Positions 26,551-32,000 of a DNA stretch of 32,000 bases are shown here, piece by piece (within the stretch, counting starts at the first letter, position 1; every line of letters starts with the position of its first letter). A program made the translations under genes and the position numbers. The DNA is from Paracoccus suum (GTDB lineage: Bacteria; Pseudomonadota; Alphaproteobacteria; Rhodobacterales; Rhodobacteraceae): contig NZ_CP030918.1 of assembly GCF_003324675.1 (NCBI RefSeq), positions 780,001 through 812,000 on the forward strand, in the 5' to 3' direction. Under the pieces are notes generated by a model. The model was given only the letters and a program-made list of their open reading frames with translations, did not search any database and was not told the origin of the DNA.

Positions 26551-26734
26551 TTTGGACATCCTTTCGGAATGCGGGGACCGTGGCGGCAACATAGTCCACG
26601 CCGCCGCCCGGTTCCAGTTGCCCTTTGGCCCGGGCAGACTGCCACCGGCACGCGGCGCAATGCCAGCCAGACCGGCCTTGCGGCCGGCGGGTGCGCCTGC
26701 CACGCTTTGCCCGAAATCCGAAATGGAGGGGATC

Positions 26735-28192
26735 ATGGCCGATCTGCTGGACAAGCGTAAGTTCTACATCAATGGCGAGTGGGTCGCCCCGACGGCGGCT
26801 AACGATCTGGAGGTAATCGACCCCACCACCGAGGAGGCGGTCGCCGTCATCTCGATCGGCAGCCAAGCCGATACCGACCGCGCCGTCGCGGCCGCCAAGG
26901 CGGCCCAGCCCGGCTGGGCAGCGTTGCCGCCGGCCAAGCGGCTGGAATATATCCGCAAGATCGAGGCCGGTTATAACGCGCGCGCCAAGGACATCGCCCA
27001 GGCGATGACGATGGAAATGGGCGCCCCGGCCGACATGGCCCTGGCCGACCAGGCCGGCGCCGGCAGCTATCACATCAAGAACTTCATCACGGCCGCCGAG
27101 AAGTTCGAGTTCATCAAGCCGCTGGGCGATCATGCCCCGGGTAGTATGATCGCGTACGAGCCGGTGGGCGTGGTCGGGCTGATCACGCCCTGGAACTGGC
27201 CGATGAACCAGGTGACGCTGAAGGTCATCCCCGCGCTGATGGGCGGCAACACTGTCGTGCTGAAGCCGTCCGAGATCGCGCCCCTGTCCTCGATGGTGTT
27301 CGCCGAGGTGGTCGATTCCGTCGGGCTGCCCAAGGGCGTCTTCAACCTGGTGAACGGCGATGGCGTCGGTGTCGGCGCCCAGCTATCCGTTCATCCGGAC
27401 GTGGACATGATCAGCTTCACCGGCTCGACCCGCGCCGGTATCGCGATCACCAAGGCCGCGGCCGACAGTCTCAAGAAGGTTGCGTTGGAGCTGGGCGGCA
27501 AGGGTGCCAACCTGATCTTTGCCGATGCCGACGAAAAGGCGGTCGAGCGCGGCGCCAAGCATTGCTTTTACAACAGCGGGCAAAGCTGCAACGCCCCGAC
27601 CCGAATGCTGGTCGAGCGCAGCGTCTACGACAAGGCGATCGAGACCGCCAAGCGCGTCGCCGAGGAAACCACCGTCGCCAGCGCACACGAGGCCGGCAGC
27701 CACATCGGCCCGGTCGTCAGCAAGCAGCAGTGGGACAAGATCCAGGGCCTGATCCAGGCCGGGATCGACGAGGGGGCACGTCTGGTCGCCGGGGGCACCG
27801 GCCTGCCCGAGGGCGTGAACCGCGGCTATTTCGTTCGCCCGACCGTGTTCGCGGATGTCAGCAACGACATGACCATCGCCCAGCAGGAAATCTTTGGCCC
27901 CGTGCTGTCGATCATCCCCTTCGAGACCGAGGAGGAAGCGGTCGCCATCGCCAACGACACGATCTACGGCCTGACCAACTATGTGCAGAGCCAGGACGGC
28001 GCGCGCCGCAACCGCCTCGGGCGGCAACTCAAGGCCGGCATGGTCGAGATGAATGGCAAATCGCGCGGCGATGGCAGCGCGTTCGGCGGGGTCAAGGCTT
28101 CGGGGCGTGCCCGCGAGGGCGGGGTGATGGGCCTTGAGGAGTTTACCGACAGCAAGGCCATCAGCGGCTGGGATACCGCGGCCAAGGCCTGA
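26735..28192 (+). CDS. NAD(P)+-dependent aldehyde dehydrogenase (485 aa)
   Basis: GGAGGGG RBS, then ATG 26735. FYINGEWVAP, ITPWNWP, VALELGGKGA (catalytic Glu) and NSGQSCNAPTR (catalytic Cys) are present. The upstream 26222-26734 part of the tracked ORF overlaps the peroxiredoxin gene and the intergenic region. Confidence 0.93.
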   Translation: MADLLDKRKFYINGEWVAPTAANDLEVIDPTTEEAVAVISIGSQADTDRAVAAAKAAQPGWAALPPAKRLEYIRKIEAGYNARAKDIAQAMTMEMGAPADMALADQAGAGSYHIKNFITAAEKFEFIKPLGDHAPGSMIAYEPVGVVGLITPWNWPMNQVTLKVIPALMGGNTVVLKPSEIAPLSSMVFAEVVDSVGLPKGVFNLVNGDGVGVGAQLSVHPDVDMISFTGSTRAGIAITKAAADSLKKVALELGGKGANLIFADADEKAVERGAKHCFYNSGQSCNAPTRMLVERSVYDKAIETAKRVAEETTVASAHEAGSHIGPVVSKQQWDKIQGLIQAGIDEGARLVAGGTGLPEGVNRGYFVRPTVFADVSNDMTIAQQEIFGPVLSIIPFETEEEAVAIANDTIYGLTNYVQSQDGARRNRLGRQLKAGMVEMNGKSRGDGSAFGGVKASGRAREGGVMGLEEFTDSKAISGWDTAAKA

Positions 28193-28232
28193 GCCACATG
28201 GGGCGGCGTCAAGGCCGCCCTCGGAAACAAGC

Positions 28233-28268
28233 AGGCGCGGGCAGTAACGGCCCGCGCCTCGTCGTTTG
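28233..28268 (+). terminator. Rho-independent-like terminator after the aldehyde dehydrogenase gene
   Basis: AGGCGCGGGC-AGTAACG-GCCCGCGCCT is a 10-bp stem, followed by CGTCGTTTGT. A second smaller hairpin, GGGCGGC-GTCAAG-GCCGCCC, lies at 28201-28220. Confidence 0.55.
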
Positions 28269-28324
28269 TCCGTCATCCTCGGCGTGCTAGCCTTGCCGCC
28301 AGTTCACCGTCGAAAGGCCTCGCC

Positions 28325-30286
28325 ATGTCCCCCCTCTCGCGCCGCGGATTTCTGTCCGGCACGGCCGCCGGTGCAGCCCTGATCGCGCTGCACCCCTATG
28401 CGGCCCGCGCCGCTGCGAACCAGGCGCATCTGCGGATCATGGAAACGACCGACCTGCATGTGCACGTCTGGCCTTACGACTATTACGCCGACAAGCCGGT
28501 CGACACCGTGGGCCTCGCCCGCACCGCAGCGCTGATCGAGCAGGTGCGGGCCGAGGCAGGCAATTCGATCCTGCTCGACAACGGCGATTTCCTGCAAGGC
28601 AATCCTATGGGCGATTTCATCGCCTACGAGCGCGGCATGACCGAGCGGCTGATGCACCCCATCGTCTCGGCCATGAACGTGCTCGGCTATGACGGCGGAA
28701 CGCTGGGCAACCACGAGTTCAACTACGGCCTGCAGTTCCTCGACGACTGCATCTTCGGAGCCGAGTTTCCCATCGTCTGCGCCAACGTGGCGACCAAGGA
28801 GGGGGCGACGCCGACCGAGGATGAGACGCTGGTCAAGCCCTACGTCATCCTCGACCGCGAGTTGACCGACGGCGCGGGCGCCAAACACCCGATCCGCATC
28901 GGCCTGATCGGCTTTGTTCCGCCGCAGATCATGCAGTGGGACCGCAACCATCTGGAAGGCAAGGTCACGGCACGCGACATCGTGCCGACGGCCGAGGCTT
29001 GGGTGCCAAAGCTGCGCGCCGAGGGCTGCGATCTGGTGATCGCGCTCTGCCATTCGGGGATCGCCGGCGCCACCGCCGAGCCGATGATGGAGAATGCGGC
29101 CGTCCCGCTGGCCACTGTCGACGGCATCGACGTGATCCTGACCGGGCACCAGCACCTCGTCTTTCCGGGAGAGGATTTCGCGGACACCGAGGGCGTCGAC
29201 CGCGAAAAGGGCACGATCAGTGGCAAGCCCGGCGTGATGGCTGGCTTCTGGGGCAGCCACATGGGGCTGGTCGACCTGCTGCTCGAGCGGTCGGGGGATC
29301 GCTGGACGGTTGTCAGCCACACCTCGGAGGCGCGCCCGATCTACGAGCGCGATGCCGACAAGAAGGTCGTCCCGCTGGTCGCCAGCGTTGCACGGATCGA
29401 GGAGGCCGTGCAGCCCGAACATGAGGCAACGCTGGATTATGTGCGCCGGCCGGTGGGCAAGACCTCGGCCCCGCTTTACAGCTATTTCGCGCAGGTCGCC
29501 GACGATCCCAGCGTCCAGATAGTCAGCCAGGCGCAGGAATGGTACATCCGGCAGATGATGCAGGGTACGCAATGGCAAGGCCTGGCGATCCTTTCGGCGG
29601 CGGCGCCGTTCAAGGCCGGCGGCCGCAGCGGGGCGGATTACTATACTGATGTCTCAGCCGGCGACGTCGCAATCAAGAACGTCGCCGACCTGTACCTCTA
29701 CCCGAACACCATCCGTGCGGTGAAAATTACCGGCGCCGAGGTCAAGGACTGGCTGGAGCGCAGTGCCGGGATGTTCAACCAGATCACCCCCGGCAAGGCC
29801 GACCAGCCGCTGCTGGACACCGACTTCCCCAGCTACAACTTCGATGTCATCGACGGCGTGACCTACCGGATCGACCTGTCGCAGCCCTCGAAGTTCGGTC
29901 CCAAGGGCGAGGCGCTGAACCCCGAGGCCAGCCGGATCGTCGATCTGGCGTTCGACGGCAAGCCGATCGATCCGGCCGCGCAGTTCATCGTTGCGACCAA
30001 CAACTATCGTGCCGGCGGCGGCGGCAGTTTCCCGGGCGCGGATGGCACCACGATCATGTTCGAAGGACCGGATACGAACCGCGACGTGGTCGTGCGGTTC
30101 ATCGTCGACCAGGGCACGATCAACCCGTCGGCCGATGGCAACTGGGGCTTCGTGCCGATGCCGGCCACCAGCGTCACCTTCGAGACCGGACCGGGCGCCG
30201 ATCGCTATGTGGCCGAACAAAAGCTGGTGCTCGAGAAGGTCGGCGACGCAGAGGGCGGCTTTGTCACCTATCGGCTGATGCTCTGA
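28325..30286 (+). CDS. cpdB: Bifunctional 2',3'-cyclic-nucleotide 2'-phosphodiesterase / 3'-nucleotidase (periplasmic, Tat signal)
   Basis: 653 aa. Twin-arginine signal MSPLSRRGFLSGTAAGAALIAL. Metallophosphatase motifs ETTDLHVHV, DNGDFLQGNP and GNHEFNYG, plus a C-terminal 5'-nucleotidase domain. Confidence 0.88.
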   Translation: MSPLSRRGFLSGTAAGAALIALHPYAARAAANQAHLRIMETTDLHVHVWPYDYYADKPVDTVGLARTAALIEQVRAEAGNSILLDNGDFLQGNPMGDFIAYERGMTERLMHPIVSAMNVLGYDGGTLGNHEFNYGLQFLDDCIFGAEFPIVCANVATKEGATPTEDETLVKPYVILDRELTDGAGAKHPIRIGLIGFVPPQIMQWDRNHLEGKVTARDIVPTAEAWVPKLRAEGCDLVIALCHSGIAGATAEPMMENAAVPLATVDGIDVILTGHQHLVFPGEDFADTEGVDREKGTISGKPGVMAGFWGSHMGLVDLLLERSGDRWTVVSHTSEARPIYERDADKKVVPLVASVARIEEAVQPEHEATLDYVRRPVGKTSAPLYSYFAQVADDPSVQIVSQAQEWYIRQMMQGTQWQGLAILSAAAPFKAGGRSGADYYTDVSAGDVAIKNVADLYLYPNTIRAVKITGAEVKDWLERSAGMFNQITPGKADQPLLDTDFPSYNFDVIDGVTYRIDLSQPSKFGPKGEALNPEASRIVDLAFDGKPIDPAAQFIVATNNYRAGGGGSFPGADGTTIMFEGPDTNRDVVVRFIVDQGTINPSADGNWGFVPMPATSVTFETGPGADRYVAEQKLVLEKVGDAEGGFVTYRLML

Positions 30287-30295
30287 CGGCGCGTC

Positions 30296-31033
30296 CTAGC
30301 TGGTGCCGCTTGCGCTTGCCCACGCCACCTCGCCCAGAAAAATATACCCCGCACCGTAGATCGTCTTGATCAGCCGGGGGTTCTTGGAATCCTCGTTCAG
30401 CTTGCCGCGCAGGCGCGAGATGCGCACGTCCATGGCGCGGTCAAAGCTCTCGCCAGCGGCGCCGCCCAATGTCTCCAGCATCTGCGCGCGGGTGATCAGG
30501 CGGCGCGGACTTTCCAGGAACAGGCGCAGCACCTCGGCCTCGGCATGGCTGAAGGGCACCTCGGTGCCGTCCGGCGCGATCAGAGCATAGCGGTCGAAAT
30601 CGGCCGCCCAGCCCGAGAACCTGGCCTGCTGGCGCAGCGGCGCGCTGTCGCGGCTGGCGGCGGGACGGCGCAGGCGGGCGCGGACGCGGGCAACGACCTC
30701 GGCCAGTTCGAACGGCTTGGCGATGTAATCGTCCGCCCCAAGCTCCAGCCCGGTAATGCGGTCCTGCAGCTGCGCGCGACCCGAGATGATGATGATCGCG
30801 GCCCCGGTCTCGGTCGCGAGGCGATGGACCAGTGCCAGGCCGTCGCGGTCCGGCAGGCCGAGGTCGATCAGGATCGCGTCCGGCGACATGCGGCGCAAGG
30901 CGGCCTCGAACTCGGTGGCGCGGCCAAAGGCTGCAGTGCGAAAGCCCGCCTCCTCCAGCGCGGTGCAGGTCAGGCGGCGCAACTCGGCCTCGTCATCGAG
31001 GACCGCGACCAGAGGGGCGGCGTCAGCGGGCAT
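30296..31033 (-). CDS. OmpR/PhoB-family response regulator (REC + winged-helix)
   Basis: VAVLDDEAELRR ... ILIDLGLPDRDG ... DDYIAKPF receiver motifs. C-terminal trans_reg_C pattern LRGKL...RLIKTIYGAGYIF. Its ATG overlaps the upstream kinase stop by 11 nt. Confidence 0.92.
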   Translation of the reverse strand: MPADAAPLVAVLDDEAELRRLTCTALEEAGFRTAAFGRATEFEAALRRMSPDAILIDLGLPDRDGLALVHRLATETGAAIIIISGRAQLQDRITGLELGADDYIAKPFELAEVVARVRARLRRPAASRDSAPLRQQARFSGWAADFDRYALIAPDGTEVPFSHAEAEVLRLFLESPRRLITRAQMLETLGGAAGESFDRAMDVRISRLRGKLNEDSKNPRLIKTIYGAGYIFLGEVAWASASGTS

Positions 31034-32000
31034 CGGGAATCTCCGTCAGGGCGGCGGCGAGCGTGGCGGGGTCGAGCGGCTTTTGCAGCACCGGAACCCT
31101 CGCCCCGGCGCGCAGGGGATGTTCGGGCGGCAGCGAGGTCATCAGCAGCGCAGGCAGCGGGCCGCCGGCCAGCTCCAGCCCAAGGCCATCGCCCAGCTGC
31201 AGGTCGGACAGCACCAGCGACAGCCCCGGCAGGTCGGCCAGATCTCGCGCCTCGGAAAGGCTCGCGGCCTCGATCACCGCATGGCCCATGGCGGTCAGCC
31301 AGTCGCGGACCTGGGCGCGGATCGCTGCCTCGTCGTCGACCAGGAGGACCATGCGCGGCATCACCGGCCGCCATGGCAGACGAATCGTCACGCGCGCGCC
31401 CGTGCCGGTGTTACGCAGCCGCAGCGTGCCCCCTGCCAGCTTGGTCTGGTCATAGACCATGCTGAGGCCCAGGCCGCTGCCCTGCCCGGTCTTGGTCGTA
31501 AAGAACGGCTGCGTCGCCTGCTCAATCGTGCCGGGGGCGAAGCCGGGCCCTGTGTCGGTGACCGATAGCTCCAGCCAGGGGCCGGCGAGCCGCGCGGCCA
31601 AGGTCACCTGCCCGCCGCCCTGCGCCTGCATGGCGTCGCGCGCATTGAAGATCAGGTTCAGCAGGCTGTCCTGCAGCGGGCCGGGGTCGATCATGGCCGG
31701 TCCGCCCGGCAGCTCCAGAGCAAGCTCCAAGGTCGTGCCCGCGCCGAGGCTGGGTCGCGCCATGGCGGCGAGGTCCGACAGCAGCGCCGTCAGGTCGGTC
31801 GGCCGGGTGACAATCTGGCGCGGCGCGGTGATGGCCGCGAGTCCTGACAGCAGCGCCGTGCCGCGTCGCGCTGCGGCGATGGTGGCGGCGACGTCATCGG
31901 CCGCCGTCTGCGGCAGTGTCGCGCGCGCCAGCCGGTCCTGCAGCGCCAGGATGATCGTCAGCAGGTTGCCGAAATCATGTGCCAACCCCGAGGTCAGTTG
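31023..32000 (-). CDS. Hybrid sensor histidine kinase (HisKA-HATPase_c-REC), 5'-truncated by the window edge
   Basis: The frame stays open to position 32000 (QLTSGLAHDFGNLL is the H-box). N-box LLNLIFNARDA, G1 DTGPGF, G2 GSGLGLS. The C-terminal receiver (about 31026-31355) has LLVDDE, LVLSDLQL, LLMTS and LQKP. The TTG start at 31985 in the track is an artefact of truncation. Confidence 0.9.
   Translation of the reverse strand, partial: QLTSGLAHDFGNLLTIILALQDRLARATLPQTAADDVAATIAAARRGTALLSGLAAITAPRQIVTRPTDLTALLSDLAAMARPSLGAGTTLELALELPGGPAMIDPGPLQDSLLNLIFNARDAMQAQGGGQVTLAARLAGPWLELSVTDTGPGFAPGTIEQATQPFFTTKTGQGSGLGLSMVYDQTKLAGGTLRLRNTGTGARVTIRLPWRPVMPRMVLLVDDEAAIRAQVRDWLTAMGHAVIEAASLSEARDLADLPGLSLVLSDLQLGDGLGLELAGGPLPALLMTSLPPEHPLRAGARVPVLQKPLDPATLAAALTEIPDAR

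Noticed and set aside
26562-26723. 7-nt inverted words TTTCGGA / TCCGAAA near the two divergent RBSs of prx and ALDH, plus small GC palindromes (GCCCGGGC; CCGGCC-TTGC-GGCCGG)
   Set aside because: The words are short, widely separated (about 150 nt) and expected by chance in GC-rich DNA. No recognisable OxyR-type or other operator pattern is present.
25654-26760. 368-aa plus-strand ORF, and the upstream extensions of the prx (to 26754) and ALDH (from 26222) ORFs
   Set aside because: The 368-aa ORF is antisense to the peroxiredoxin gene. The prx and ALDH extensions cross the divergent intergenic region or the neighbouring gene. They lack RBS support, whereas the internal ATGs at 26550 and 26735 have good RBSs and family-typical N-termini.
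27383-29578. 297-aa and 424-aa minus-strand ORFs
   Set aside because: They lie antisense to the second ALDH and to cpdB. Their composition is low-complexity.
30545-31568. 306-, 270- and 207-aa plus-strand ORFs
   Set aside because: They lie antisense to the response regulator and histidine kinase. They are Arg/Ala/Gly/Pro-rich.
1-32000. Scan for CRISPR arrays, IS or transposase ends, integrases, tRNA/rRNA genes, toxin-antitoxin pairs and defence-system signatures
   Set aside because: None was seen. There are no direct-repeat/spacer arrays and no terminal inverted repeats flanking a transposase-like ORF. No intergenic region has tRNA-like arms. All substantial ORFs are accounted for by housekeeping or metabolic families, apart from one hypothetical.

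Overview
High-GC alphaproteobacterial (Rhodobacterales-like) chromosomal segment. It looks like the origin-proximal partition neighbourhood, not an accessory island. The left part is a lower-GC non-coding stretch followed by hemJ. Next comes a gap-free co-directional block, rho-mnmE-mnmG-rsmG-parA-parB. After that, in order:
- convergent pnp-rpsO
- an RTX-type Ca-binding repeat protein
- a DAO-type FAD oxidoreductase
- argC
- an orphan ClpP paralog with a 10xAsp N-terminus
- an AldB/ExaC-like aldehyde dehydrogenase
- a TAXI-type TRAP transporter
- the conserved grpE-hrcA <> rph-rdgB...hemW cluster
- a DUF454/YbaN protein
- a 288-aa hypothetical
- a 1-Cys peroxiredoxin
- a second aldehyde dehydrogenase
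- cpdB
- an OmpR-type response regulator plus a hybrid histidine kinase that runs off the right edge.
I saw no rRNA, tRNA, CRISPR, IS, integrase or phage signatures.
The most notable sequence-level signals are:
- three canonical parS centromere sites, each embedded in the first codons of a gene and each read in a different frame; two identical 18-bp palindromes exactly bracket mnmG
- a full CtrA box upstream of the RTX gene
- a C-rich rut-like rho leader
- DnaA-box-like words at the left edge
- the poly-Asp ClpP paralog.
I found no convincing evidence for a novel multi-gene system. The many long ORFs antisense to recognisable genes are treated as high-GC artefacts. Strand and start choices rest on protein-family recognition, GC3 bias, RBS spacing and stop/start overlaps read by eye. 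No database search was run.
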